NCBI GenBank assembly: GCA_020184695.1
Contig: JAANOX010000280.1
Span: forward strand, 372,001 to 436,000
Direction: 5' to 3'
DNA: 64,000 nt
From: Histomonas meleagridis 2922-C6/04-290x
Lineage: Eukaryota > Protista > Parabasalia
A program made the translations under genes and the position numbers. The notes beneath the pieces were generated by a model. It did not search any database and had not been told where the DNA came from. It saw nothing but the letters and a program-made list of their open reading frames with translations. Below, in pieces: positions 11,290 to 23,218 of the stretch (position 1 is the first letter of the stretch; the number at the start of each line of letters is the position of its first letter).

Positions 11290-12350
11290 GAGAAACTACT
11301 TACACTATTATTCTTTTTAGACAAAACAGTGACTACAATAATTGAAACAATTAACACAAACACCACACCTACAATTAAAACTATTATCATTATCTACAAA
11401 GTTTCTTCTAATCCGAACACAGAGAAACCATTTCTATTACCGTTATCACTTAAGTTAGAAGAACTTTGATCGAAAGGTGTCACAGCACCATTATTAGTAT
11501 CAGTGCGTGATTCAGCTTCAGACTTTTCAATACCGCTCTGTTCAATTTCAGACTTTTCAATACCGCTCTGTTCAATTTCATATTTTTCAATACCGCTCTG
11601 TTCAATTTCATATTTTTCAATACCGCTCTGTTCAATTTCATATTTTTCAATACCGCTCTGTTCAATTTCAGACTTTTCAATACCGCTCTGTTCAATTTCA
11701 GACTTTTCAATACCGCTCTGTTCAATTTCATATTTTTCAATGCTTGATTTCGTTTGATGTTCTGAAGAAATTTGAGTTTCTTCTTCTTCTTCTGTAGGTT
11801 CAACAATATAATCAACGTTATATTCTATGACATATTCATTGCTTTTATTGTTATTGTTGAATATCATGAAATAGGTATTGGTAACATCAAGATTTAGATC
11901 GAAATTGTTACATAATTTGTTAAATTACAATCTGACGTTGCTGAAATTTTAATCGATGCAGGCTTTACATTATTTGAAGAAACAATGAGTTACATTTAAC
12001 CATTTTCTGGTATTGTATAATCCACCGAACCTCTCTTTAATGAATTTAATTCTGTTTGACATAAGCTACCATTATATGGACCAGGACATTTCATTACACC
12101 ATTCTCACATGTACCAAGTGATTTTGCTATACTTTTTGAATCTTCTTGGAAAGTTAAATACTTTTGATTTGTAGTTACATCATTATGATTAAATGTACCA
12201 TTAACAACAACAGAAACTTGTGTATCACAAACTTCATTACTAAATATATGTATAGTATATTCACCGATATTTAATTCATCAGTATTTATAATTACTTTTT
12301 CATTTGTTGTTAAATGTTCTTCTTGATTATTACTTTTATGATTCCATAAA
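11290..12350 (-). pseudogene. Decayed C-terminal half of a membrane-anchored protein resembling trichomonad S8 subtilisin C-termini (beta domain, EGF-like Cys, repeat stalk, TM)
   Basis: Manual translation gives TTNEKVII..GEYTIHIF..VSVVVNGTF..CENGVMKCPGPYNGSLCQ, then stops. ORF 11867-11394 follows, then a frameshifted TM (IMIVLIVGVVC). Confidence 0.5.
11521..11740 (-). repeat. 30-bp coding tandem repeat, about 7 units (EQSGIEK[S/Y]EI)
   Basis: Unit (GAC/TAT)TTTTCAATACCGCTCTGTTCAATTTCA on the + strand, approximately. Confidence 0.95.
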
Positions 12351-12692
12351 ATATTTCTCCTGTATTCGAGTTATCTGTAAAATCGAAAAATGTAACCCCA
12401 TACAAAAGTCACTTTTATGAATGAAAAAATAAATTTATCTCGTGTTATTCATTATATCATTCTTATATTCTTATTGATCATCATGATCATGTAAATCGTG
12501 TATATGTTATATATTCATAATATAAAGATCTTAAGATGTCAGCTATATACGTTTTTGCAAACCTTGCAATTGCAAGAAACTATTCCCAAACCTTTTTGAA
12601 AGACTTTAAACGTTGTTTTAATTTACAACGGGCAGTTTTTTAACCTTGTTTTTTTGAATTAATTAAAGTTATGTGTTGAATTCACAGGGAAA

Positions 12693-13727
12693 ATGGATAT
12701 CGAAGAAGAAGAAGCTGTCAAAAAACATACGTATGTAAATCAGGAGATTCTTCCAGAAGCTGAAGCGGAAGCTGATGTTCCACCAACCAATTTTGAAAAT
12801 GTCAATCAGGAGATTCTTCCAGGCGCAGAAGCGGAAGCTGATGTTCCACCAAACAATTTTGAAAATGTCAATATTCAAGAAGATCACCCAAAAATTCCAA
12901 TTAAAATTCCATGGACTGAAATAATCGTATGCGTTTCTTTGATTGGTTTTTTCACAATTTTCTTCTTTCTTTCGTTTTTTATTTCATCTGGTCTACATAA
13001 TAAAACAAAAGATGATAATCCTAATCTTGAATTCCTTGAAGTAGACCGAGGCGTAATAGCTCTTCATTGGATTTTATATGTTTTCATTGTTATGCTATTT
13101 TCTACTTCTATTGGTATGATTATTATATTTAGTAACAATTGTAAACCGAAAATAAACAATATGATCATACTTTTGGTAATGTGCATTGTAATCACAATCC
13201 CTGTTGTCTGGGTTCTTTATGCAGTAGAATCAAAGGATTCTGACATCGTATCAGTGGCATGGAAAAACCGAATTTCGCAATCAGAGTATGAACAAGCCAT
13301 GAGATCTATGACGGCGTCTGTCCCATATATCAAATTTAAAGCTAATGGGTCATATTTTAATTCATTAGGAAAATATAAATACGAAAAAGTTTACTGTGAA
13401 TCAAAAGAAGTATCATTCAATATAACAGACTATTCGGCATATATTAGCATCTCTAATTTTACAAAAAATTCGTTTTTCCAAATTGATTTTATTACTGATG
13501 AAACTCCAGAACAAAAAGAATTCTTGACAAAGTTCACAAATATGTATAAATCAGCATTACCAACCACCAGTTCAACTAATCAAAAAATCCAATGGGATTA
13601 CAAATATGGAATACAAATCGAAAACAAAACGACTGGTACATTCTTAGTAACAGAACGGGAAATTGAAAGGAAAATACTCTCCAGCAGCTGGCGGAGCAGC
13701 AATGGCGTTTTGGTCAGGATAAATAAT
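12693..13727 (+). pseudogene. Membrane-protein paralog 3, frameshifted near 13658 and 3'-truncated
   Basis: Homologous to 8597-9709 up to FLVTE. Homology continues in another frame (GKLKGKYSPAAGGAAMAFWSG) and then ends at TAA, so GYAYRL is missing. There is a 66-bp internal duplication near the N-terminus (VNQEILPxAEAEADVPPxNFEN x2). Confidence 0.8.
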
Positions 13728-13825
13728 AAACGGCTGATTAAAAATATGTTTCGCAATGTTCTTTTTGACAATTTAAATAATATTTGAATCAAAGGTTCAA
13801 AGCAGAAGAAAACTTCAAAAGATTT

Positions 13826-14104
13826 GGGTAGACTGAAATATACCCCCGAGAAAAATATGTTATTTACGATAGAGCACGATAGACATTTTATGGTAAAAAT
13901 GATCGTTCGAAAAAATTTCAAAGAAATGGTTTTTGCCAATTGTTGTAAATTATGTTTTGTATATAAACCGCTGACATCTTGTTTATAACAATATAAACTT
14001 ATCAAAATTTTTTGCTTTTTCGAACGATCATTTGTACCATAAAATGTCTATCGTGCTCTATCGTAAATAACGTATTTTTTTCTTGGGTATAGTTTAGTCT
14101 ACCC
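13826..14104. mobile_element. MITE, 279 bp, about 90-bp TIRs, 8-bp TSD AAAGATTT
   Basis: The left arm GGGTAGACT...GATAGAGCACGATAGACATTTTATGGT...GATCGTTCGAAAAA is the reverse complement of the right arm ending AGTCTACCC. AAAGATTT is present at 13818-13825 and 14105-14112. Confidence 0.93.
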
Positions 14105-14334
14105 AAAGATTTGAGCAACATGTATCATGGTATGAACTTCTATATCTAAATTTGAAAGATTCGTGAAATTCGTTATTTTTAAATTTTTTTGTCAATATGT
14201 TTTATGAAACATAGTCACAAACTTTATTAAAAATAGTGAAGAAAAATATGGTCTTTTTAATTTTTTTTTGAAAAATAATAATGAATATATTTACATGTTT
14301 ATATATAACAATTACACTTGGATAATTTAACATA

Positions 14335-14850
14335 TCATTTCATCTGAAAACATGAAAAACACTGCAACAAATCATTGACATCTGTATGATTTTGGAAGTC
14401 TGTAGGTCCTGAATTATTTTGTATATATAACTGAGGTGCGTTAGATAGAGCTACCTGGATAAGACTCTTCTCTGGTAGTTCAAATGCACGCCAACTTTTT
14501 TTGAAAATTTTCACATCAGCTGGAAGAATTTTCTCAAAATCATTTATTGATACCTTCTTCCATTTACTGCGTTTTATGAAATGATTAAGAGATGAACCAG
14601 AAAAACCAAAAATTTTTGTCATTGAAATTCTTGAAATTCCAATATTTTTACTATCGAAAACAATAAGCCCAAAAAAGCTGATGAATGTTGAAGGATTTTG
14701 TGCATAATCTCTAACCTTCTCAATTAAATATAGTAAATCTTTTTCAATTGGTCTTTGTAAAAATGACTTGTAGAAACATTGATGAGAAAAGTGATCCATT
14801 AGATGCCTTAGTAGGTCTTTATCCGTGATATGTTGCGAAGAAAGTACCAT
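14335..14850 (-). CDS. Putative IBD (IBP39-like initiator-binding) domain protein
   Basis: Pattern FFGLIVFDSKNIGISRISMTKIFGFSGSSLNHFIK resembles the IBD winged helix typical of trichomonads. Confidence 0.55.
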   Translation of the reverse strand: MVLSSQHITDKDLLRHLMDHFSHQCFYKSFLQRPIEKDLLYLIEKVRDYAQNPSTFISFFGLIVFDSKNIGISRISMTKIFGFSGSSLNHFIKRSKWKKVSINDFEKILPADVKIFKKSWRAFELPEKSLIQVALSNAPQLYIQNNSGPTDFQNHTDVNDLLQCFSCFQMK

Positions 14851-14959
14851 AAGAAGGCAATCCCTTTGGTCAGCTAAAGGGACTGCTTAACGTATATTTC
14901 ACATAACATGTCCATAATGGATTCAATGTAATCTGGCGGGCATTTTAAGTTTTTTCACA

Positions 14960-15538
14960 ATGGACTTACACCCTCCTCCAATACTAAAATTTATTTCCAC
15001 AATGGTTTCTCGTTATAAAGAAGATCAAGTAAGAGAATTCGTTATCGAATATTATATAAATGATTTATCAATTTCCATATATGAAAGAACAATTCCAAAT
15101 AATGGATTTCATGGTGGGAGGTTTTTGCAAAAGACCATAATAAATAATCCTAAAACAGGAAAACCTTATCAACCTACAGATATTTACATTGGAAATACAC
15201 TTTATATAAACAATTATGAGTTTATTCTTCAAGAAGCCTTTGAGGAAACATTAAGAATAATGGAATCAAATCCAGATATGTTTGTTATGTGCGATTTGAA
15301 TAAAATTCTCATGAAAATCAGACAATCATCAAAAAACAAAATTCCTCAAATTCTAACTGCATTTCAAAGTTATGATCGCAACAAAAGATTGCATATATCA
15401 CTGCCAGATACAAAAGCCGTTTTCCAAAAATTTGGGATTGAACTTCAAGATCAAGAATTTCTAACTATACTCAGAAGGTTTCAATATTCAGACTTCGCAA
15501 GGTTTCAATATGATGATTTCATCAAATCAATTGCATAA
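14960..15538 (+). CDS. EFHC/Rib72-like DM10 + EF-hand axonemal protein (short)
   Basis: REFVIEYYINDLSISIYE..NNGFHGGRFLQK..PYQPTDIYIG is a DM10 motif; the C-terminus has EF-hand-like helices. Confidence 0.75.
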   Translation: MDLHPPPILKFISTMVSRYKEDQVREFVIEYYINDLSISIYERTIPNNGFHGGRFLQKTIINNPKTGKPYQPTDIYIGNTLYINNYEFILQEAFEETLRIMESNPDMFVMCDLNKILMKIRQSSKNKIPQILTAFQSYDRNKRLHISLPDTKAVFQKFGIELQDQEFLTILRRFQYSDFARFQYDDFIKSIA

Positions 15539-15696
15539 AAAAATATATTTACTAATCATCTTGCAACAGATCAAATTCCGTCTTAAGGAAATTTCCAAAT
15601 TATTTAGCATAAAAATTTCAAATTCTTTAAATTTTAAATTTACAAAAACATATTTACATTTATTTAAAATAATTTATTAAAAATTTAATATAAAAT

Positions 15697-17814
15697 TTAT
15701 TTTTTTGAAGCAGAAAGTCTTTCTTTACATTTCTCGAAAGTAAACTGATTCTTTAATTCTTCCTTGAGTGAAAAGTCATCAAACATTGGCTCTACAAATT
15801 CGATTTCCCAAGAGATCTCATCTAATTTTGGTTTAATTTCGACACTTTTCAAAGAAGATGATTTCTCTGAGAATGACTGTGGTTGTTCTTCAACAAAAGT
15901 TTCATTGTTTTCGAATGGATATTCTCTTGCAATAAGCATTTTCCACAAGTCATCATAAAAAGTTTTTCTGACAAACGCCTTTTGAATACCTCTGAATTTC
16001 TTTTTCAAATTTACCATCGTCTGCTCTGAAACTTCAGAAAGCTTTGAAACAGAAACCGCCGGGAAATGAACCAAAAGATTTGCCCTTTGATCCAAAACTT
16101 GGGTAATTTTTGTGAGCATTTCAACTGAAAAGTCATTTCCGTCAAATATTATTTCAGCATAATTTTTAACTGAATTCAACATTTTGAGTAGCATGGGGAG
16201 GTTGTTATCGTTGATGCGGTTATTCGAAATATCAATCATTGAAATCGAGCGGTTTTTTGACAGGGCTAACATCACATCGTCAATTTCTCGAACACGTTTT
16301 CGACGCGTTCCATGGAGATCTATTGCTTCTAAATTTGCACTTTCAAGATATCCGAGATATGATTTATCCATGCTTCGAAAGCCAGCAAGAGATAAGAATT
16401 TAATTGATGTATGAGATAAAAATGAAAAAAGATGGTTATGAATTGGATTATCAATCCATACAAAACTGACTAAGTTAGGCGATTTAAGACCATTTCCAAA
16501 GGATTTATAAAATGACGACCATTCAGGCTTACTCATTCTACAATCAGCTAATGTTATCATATGCTGATGGTTACAAATCTGTGAAATTTGAAGGATACAA
16601 TACAAATTGGAAGGCATCCAATGTATGTGATTAAGTATTATATGTTTTAATGAATTTGGAAATTGACATTTTTGTACTGATATTGGAGATTTACATGGAT
16701 TTCCTGAGAAGTTACATTCAGAAACATGTGATTCAGAAAGGAAATGAAGTAACTTTGATAATTCCACGTCAACAGATATCAGATTAAGACAATGAAGTTG
16801 TACAAAGAATGAACTACATAATCCTATATTTTTCCTAAGTGACACATTAGAAAAATTAGTAAACACGAGTTTGTTTCTTGAGTCCTTAAATAAGCTTGAA
16901 AGTTTCGATTCCACTTTTTCAATGAAAACGTTTTCAAAATTTATAAATTGAATGGACTGATTGAAAATCAAATTTTGGAGCGAATCGACACTATCATCGG
17001 TAAACTCTATACCGCAAAACCCAAGTTGTTGTAGTACTCTATTCGATGATGAAATCAATAACTTACAAAATTTTGTGAAATATTTGTCAAATGGAATGCA
17101 CGACGTAATTTGATTGACATATCTGTTTTTCGTAATAAAAGTACATATTGATTTCCACTTAGATCTTCGAGTTTCAATTGAAAGTCTAAGATTTGTGGTA
17201 TTATTATTGATAAGAATTGAATTTAAAACAATACTAAAATAATCAGAAAGATCAGGAAAAAGATCAATATCGAAGTAATCGGCTTCATGGTATTCAATTT
17301 CTTTGAGATATTTGAGATATTCTAATAATGTTTTGGATGATATTTTAATCTTCTCCTTTTTAAGAAGAGATTGAAGTCTATAAAAAGAAAATACTGTTGG
17401 GTTGGGTTTGCTTGGTGAAAATCCCATGACTTGTGGGAAAGGACCCAGTTCTTCCTCAAGGAAAATAGCAGACATTTGTATATATATTTGATTACATATT
17501 TCTGAAGCCTTTTTGGATATGAACTTGTATTTTTCTTTTGAAAATTGCAAAGTAAATGTATTTGTTAAATAATCAATTGCCGTTAATTCATGATATGTTT
17601 TACTTAACTTTAACTCAATTTCTGTTTCTGTGATTCGGAATAAATAAAATCCAATTGGAGTTAGTACAAATAAATCGCTGATAGAAATTGTATCTTCAAG
17701 AGATAACCAGTCTTTGAAAACAACTGGTTCTATATTGGGGTCAAAGAAGTCCGTAATAATTGGAAATTTATCTTCGCCTATACTTAAAGGATGCCTTTCT
17801 TTTTCATCATTCAT
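15697..17814 (-). CDS. RNI-like/CARMIL-like leucine-rich repeat protein
   Basis: 705-aa ORF with LxxLxLxxN-type repeats (IDISNNRI, CNFSGNP). Confidence 0.6.
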   Translation of the reverse strand: MNDEKERHPLSIGEDKFPIITDFFDPNIEPVVFKDWLSLEDTISISDLFVLTPIGFYLFRITETEIELKLSKTYHELTAIDYLTNTFTLQFSKEKYKFISKKASEICNQIYIQMSAIFLEEELGPFPQVMGFSPSKPNPTVFSFYRLQSLLKKEKIKISSKTLLEYLKYLKEIEYHEADYFDIDLFPDLSDYFSIVLNSILINNNTTNLRLSIETRRSKWKSICTFITKNRYVNQITSCIPFDKYFTKFCKLLISSSNRVLQQLGFCGIEFTDDSVDSLQNLIFNQSIQFINFENVFIEKVESKLSSLFKDSRNKLVFTNFSNVSLRKNIGLCSSFFVQLHCLNLISVDVELSKLLHFLSESHVSECNFSGNPCKSPISVQKCQFPNSLKHIILNHIHWMPSNLYCILQISQICNHQHMITLADCRMSKPEWSSFYKSFGNGLKSPNLVSFVWIDNPIHNHLFSFLSHTSIKFLSLAGFRSMDKSYLGYLESANLEAIDLHGTRRKRVREIDDVMLALSKNRSISMIDISNNRINDNNLPMLLKMLNSVKNYAEIIFDGNDFSVEMLTKITQVLDQRANLLVHFPAVSVSKLSEVSEQTMVNLKKKFRGIQKAFVRKTFYDDLWKMLIAREYPFENNETFVEEQPQSFSEKSSSLKSVEIKPKLDEISWEIEFVEPMFDDFSLKEELKNQFTFEKCKERLSASKK

Positions 17815-17871
17815 TTGCCACTTTTAGTTTTATCAGATCATTCAAAAAGTGGAACAAAGCGAACAGACAAA

Positions 17872-18459
17872 ATGAATCAAGAAGAAGATAGGGAAGAGCT
17901 CAGTGAAAATAAGAGCAAATTGCAACACGAGAATAAAGACATAAATTCAATTAATCCAATTGAGCGATGCGATTTATTTCCAAATATTGATGCAATACAA
18001 GCCAACAAAAAACACGAAATGTTATTTAAAAAACCAAAAATTCCAAAGAATAATGAAGATAATTTCATGTGCGTGGTTGGATCTACTAAAGGAAAAGATG
18101 CACCTATTTTCCAGTTTATTAACACAGACTTAATACAAATAAAATGGGCAAATTATCGTGGGTATAGATCTTCACCATTTTTGCCGACACCAAACAGATT
18201 GAAGAAAGCCATCCAAAAATGGAAGGAAGAGCTGAAGAAGCCACCTAAAGTAATAGACGAAGAAGAGCAAGGAAACGGCAACTGTTATATTTGCCATCAA
18301 CGATATTCAGGAAAACCAAAGTCACACATAGATTCAGAAATGCATCAAGAAAATTTGAAGAATATTGATTGGGGTGAGTTTAATGAAATCAAAAAAGAAC
18401 TTGATAATGAGTTCATTAGATTTTTGGCTTCAAAAGATATTGAACAAAATCCAAAATAA
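17872..18459 (+). CDS. Protein with a C-terminal DBF4-type zinc finger
   Basis: GNCYICHQRY...HIDSEMH (CxxC...HxxSxxH); ATG at 17872. Confidence 0.55.
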   Translation: MNQEEDREELSENKSKLQHENKDINSINPIERCDLFPNIDAIQANKKHEMLFKKPKIPKNNEDNFMCVVGSTKGKDAPIFQFINTDLIQIKWANYRGYRSSPFLPTPNRLKKAIQKWKEELKKPPKVIDEEEQGNGNCYICHQRYSGKPKSHIDSEMHQENLKNIDWGEFNEIKKELDNEFIRFLASKDIEQNPK

Positions 18460-19519
18460 TTTAATTATATAATTAGACGCATCGGATTTAATTTTTGTTT
18501 GTAAATAATTACTTGTTTAAAATGTTTCTTCAGTTCTTCGGAACGAATCAAAGGAATTGTGTTCACAATTGTTTAACATGTAATTCATGCAACTATTTTT
18601 TTTTGTGTTATACTGAATCAGGTTACTCTAATGAAATTGATTCATGTTATGATTTAAGGAGTGTTTACATCATATGATAAAGCACATTCAATGCTTATTC
18701 ATTTTGAAAATGAGTAACAGAGGTAAATCCTGCAATATTTTTTCACGATAGTTTTATGTTGCTAATGGTATCGGTAGGAGATTACATATATCCCATCATT
18801 ATGAAATTTTGACTCTTCAATCTTTCCAAATTCGATATGATTTCGACCATACATTTTCGGGAATTTTGGAATGATTCCTATATAGTAATATTGTATGTTA
18901 GATATGTTTATTTTCTAAACTATTATTTTATATCATTTTTATTTAAATTTTTGAGAAAAATTTTTTCAATATTGAATATTAATATTTTAAACAACTTCTC
19001 CAATTTTTTTTTATTTTTTGAAAATATTTTTTATATTAATTTTTACTAATGATCAATATTCTGGTGAATTGATAAGAGCCGATAGGAGAAGATTTATCTT
19101 CGAATTTATAGGTTTCGAGTTATATCTTTATTCGCATTATCTTTATATATTCAAATATGATCGATTTATAATATTCTGATTCAAGAATTTTCTATTATGA
19201 TTATAAAGTCATTCTGAATTTTTCGGCCAAAAACTTAGAGTGATGAGGTGAACAACACAAATTTGTATATACATTGAAATATTGAATTCATAAACGATGC
19301 ATATTCAAATTACATAATACTCGAAATTCAGTATCATTTTTTGATTGAATGATCAACTGTCGAACAGTTTTACACTTTTTGCTAAATTTCCTTGCACTTT
19401 TTTGTTTTCATAGGGCAGTTATGATGGTCGAAAATTCCGAACATCATGCAATTTTATTCCATACTTTTTAAAAAAGGCGTGCTGTACGGTTTGAATCTGG
19501 GTAATTTGCAACTCCCCAA

Positions 19520-19630
19520 GGTAGGTTTATAATGCAAGGCCCCTGGGCCCTGGGATCGTCCCGACCTTAGTATTTTCTGGTGGGGTCTCCGGGGTCTTCG
19601 GCCCCACCATCAGCACGCTCCGCTCGCTAC
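19520..19630. other. GC-rich hairpin cluster, possible mobile-element terminus
   Basis: GGTAGGTTTATAATGC, AAGG...GGGATCGTCCCGACCTT, hairpin TGGTGGGG...CCCCACCA and GCTCCGCTCGCTAC, all in a very AT-rich background. Confidence 0.55.
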
Positions 19631-19648
19631 AAAAATCAAAAATGATTT

Positions 19649-21530
19649 TTGTATACCCATACACTTTACTCAATAATTTCGTTACCTATTCAAAATTCAA
19701 TAAATGCGAAACTTTTCGATAGAAACGATGGCACTTTTTACACCACTTTTGTCCCCGGTTATGTTTGGCCGGACATTTATCCTATTCAATTTATCTTTGG
19801 CCGAACAATTATCTTTCTCAATGGCAAACTTAATTTTGGCGCATCAAATTATTTGGTTAGTAAATTTATGTCAATTTTTTCAGTAGTGTGACCATTACGA
19901 TAGAAATTTGAAAGCAAAATTTCCACAAATTGAATACTTCATACTATAGAAAAAGTTCCTCTGTACGAATAAATATTTTAGCTAAATTCTCAGGATCTTG
20001 TAAATTACTAGAATTAATAGCTTTTGATAATTGTATAGTTATTCTAATTTTAAAATTAATAAAACCTTCAGTTATTTGTGAAATCATATAATCGCCATGT
20101 GTAATTCTTAATCTAGTTTTTTGAGATTGATTAAATGGTGCATTTTGATCATGACAATCTTCAGTTTTTAAAATAAATAAACGAGTACCATCATTTTTAG
20201 CAATTAAATCTACAAGACGATCAAAATAAGCACCAACATTACCTTGATCATCTTGTTCGTTTTTAGATTGCGTATTATTATAATACATTAATAAAAATGA
20301 CAATATTTTTTCATAATTTTTAAATGGGATGGGGTTTGTGGAATAAAATTATAAAAGGTTTGAGCAAATTTCAGTTAAATAAAGAACAACAAGAAAAATT
20401 TAACAAAAATGTGAAAAAATGGTTAGAACATGAAAGGAATTTAGGTGCTAATGAAAATAGAATTCTACCACATAAACCTAACGATAAAATAATATTTAAA
20501 GATGTAACAGAAAAAGATAGAAATAAGAAAATATTACAAGATTCAATGAAAAGGATACCTATCGGATAAGTAATAAAAAAACAATAAATTAATTATTATT
20601 ATTATTAATGGCGTGGGGTCTGTGGAACAAATATAAAAATGGTATAAAGAAAATAGGACCTTTACTTAAAAAAATGAAAGAAGGGTTGGCAGAAATTAGT
20701 GTACATATTGTAAAATATAATGAATTGTCGAAAAAACATAAAGTAGATATCAAAAAAATGGGACCTTAAAGAAAATCATTTGTGGATAAAATATTTGAAG
20801 TAGGTGATAGAATAGCTTTTATATTTAAATCAGCATAGATAAAATTATCAAACCAGTTGGTAAATTTATTGGTAATGTTTGAAATAGAGTCGCCAAACCT
20901 GTTGTCAATACAGTAGGTAATTAAGTTTATTTTCAAAAATTCAATGCTATAGCATTTTCTGACACCGAGTTTTCGATATAACGATAAATCAGTCATTTAA
21001 CAGTTCACTTTATATAAATGCAACAGCTCAGTAGCGACAGCGACGACGAAGGTGATTGGTACAGTCCAAAGGGATTTTATGATCCAATGAACCTGATTGA
21101 AGAAAACTTTGGTCCTCGGTCTATAGAAAGTTTTATTATTAGCAAAGTGCAGCCTTACAATACAAATGTGTGGTTCGATGTAGATATCATTTTAGGGGAC
21201 TTTTAATTTATGTACACTGGTTATGTGCCTGAAAGACAAATACAACCTGCTGAAGATATGATACTATGGGATGTCTGCGTGTATCATGCAATATGTTGTT
21301 TGAAGATGGGAGTAGATAGGAGGAATATATTAATTGACCCTACTAGATGGCTATCTGATCATTACAGTAGGCTTCATGCTTTGGAATTTTTACTGGTGAT
21401 TTTCTGTATTATAAAATACTTAGAAGGACAACTTACGGTACAGTCCTACAATTTTGGGAAATTTGAATGGGTACTATTTAAAAAGTGGAATTCCCATTCA
21501 ATCAATATGGAAAATTTGAATGAGGTGTAA
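19649..21530. mobile_element. Maverick/Polinton-like remnant (cluster of small ORFs)
   Basis: Compact divergent ORFs, including AYFDRLVDLIAKNDGT..DQNAPFNQSQKTRLRIT (19944-20303, -) and twin MGWGLWNKI/MAWGLWNKY peptides (20324, 20608). These resemble trichomonad Maverick genes by recollection. Confidence 0.45.
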
Positions 21531-23218
21531 TTTGCATTCAAAAATTGGCTCTCGATTTGTTTTATGAAGGAATATTTTCGCCATGTTTTTTGAACAAAAA
21601 TAAAATTAGGCAAAAATGCTGAAACAGATATCATTAAATAGCAAGTTATCGACATTGCATACATTATAAATTGCATTAATTAAAATGAATTGGAAGAAAC
21701 AATCATTATATATTAAACTAAATTACGATCGAGAATTAGAATATTGTTGTAAAATATTCAATTGTATCTAAATTACAACACATATTTTATATCAATGTTA
21801 CATTAAGATGCATTTTTGACTTAATTAATATCTTATGAATTGATCAATAATATCAATTGCTTCGCATATTAATTTTTATGAATTGTCATGTTCTACATAT
21901 CAATTATGCTTTATTAGTTAAAAATTTTATGAAATTCAATTTTTACGAAGATCTGAGCAATCAAAATAATAAGAAAAAAATATACAATGTTTTGTGGAGG
22001 TTAAATGGAAATAATTAAATCAATTGCTCATTGAAATAATGATGTAAACATTGATTTGTAAACTTTTTGGGTGTAATAAATCATATGAGCTCCATTTCTG
22101 AAATTAGAATAAGTTTGAATTCATCTTTAACTAAACCCCATGTTCACTATGTATTATCTATATCAAATGAAAGTCGTTCAAATTATATATTTGGCAAATT
22201 ATATTTGAATGATTTGAGCAAATGTTGGTACATAAAATGATGAAAAGAAACATATATATATATGAGAATAAGCACATATAAGTGAGAACAAATACAGTCA
22301 GTGAAAATAATCACATATGAATGAGAATTAACATAAAACAAGAAGAACCAAAAAGCAGAAAATAATATATTACAACATTGATTCCACACCATCTTTGCCA
22401 AATGTTAGTTTTGTTCAAAAAACATGGCGAAAATTGTAAATTGTTCAAAATGGAATTGAATGAAAATATTATCACATAAAACAAATTGAGAGCCAATATT
22501 TGAATGCAAATTACCCTATATTCAAATTCTCCATTATGATTGAATGGGAACTTCACTTTTTGAAGAAGTAGTATTCAAATTTCCCACGGTTATAGGATAG
22601 TACCGCATAATCACTAGGGAAAACGCAATATATCATTAAACAAAAAAAAAAATCATTTTATATATGTCTAATCATAAACCTGAGGTTATTGAAACTTATT
22701 ACAACAAAAATTTGTTAGATATACCTGAAATTACAAATTTAAAATATATAGAATAACAGAGAAGGGTATCATTTATGAATACAATTATATTCGAAAAACC
22801 TATTCCATTTTCAGCTTTAGGACGAAATAATGAAATATATGTGATATATTTGGAAAAAGAATATAAATAGAATAAAACATTATTCTTTTTGTTTATTTTA
22901 ATTTAAGCGCCCTTGAAAGTAGTCTGCTTTAAATCATATGCAGACTGATATGTTGTGTTTTTATGATGATTAACAACGATTACATTATCTAATAACGTAC
23001 TGTTAATTCCGTCATTGAATGATTCATACAGCTCGTTGCGATTGCTTTTATATAGTATGCAAAATTAAATATCTCAAAAAGTGACGCGTGCGAAAGTAAA
23101 TATCTCAATCGCAAAAGTAAATGTCCAAAAAAGTGACGCGTGCAAAACAAAGTAGCTTGCAAAAAAAATAAGTATTCAATATCCGTGAATAAATATCAAT
23201 GTATTTTTATTCTATCTA

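Noticed and set aside
11480-11815. Alternative-frame ORFs over the 30-bp repeat, and ORF 33922-34653 over the 57-bp repeat in the LKLMKII frame
   Set aside because: These are open only because the repeat unit is a multiple of 3; flanking homology supports a different frame.
21700-22900. Possible decayed gene remnants here, and at 18500-19400 and 60700-61600
   Set aside because: I could not assign them to any family from the sequence alone.
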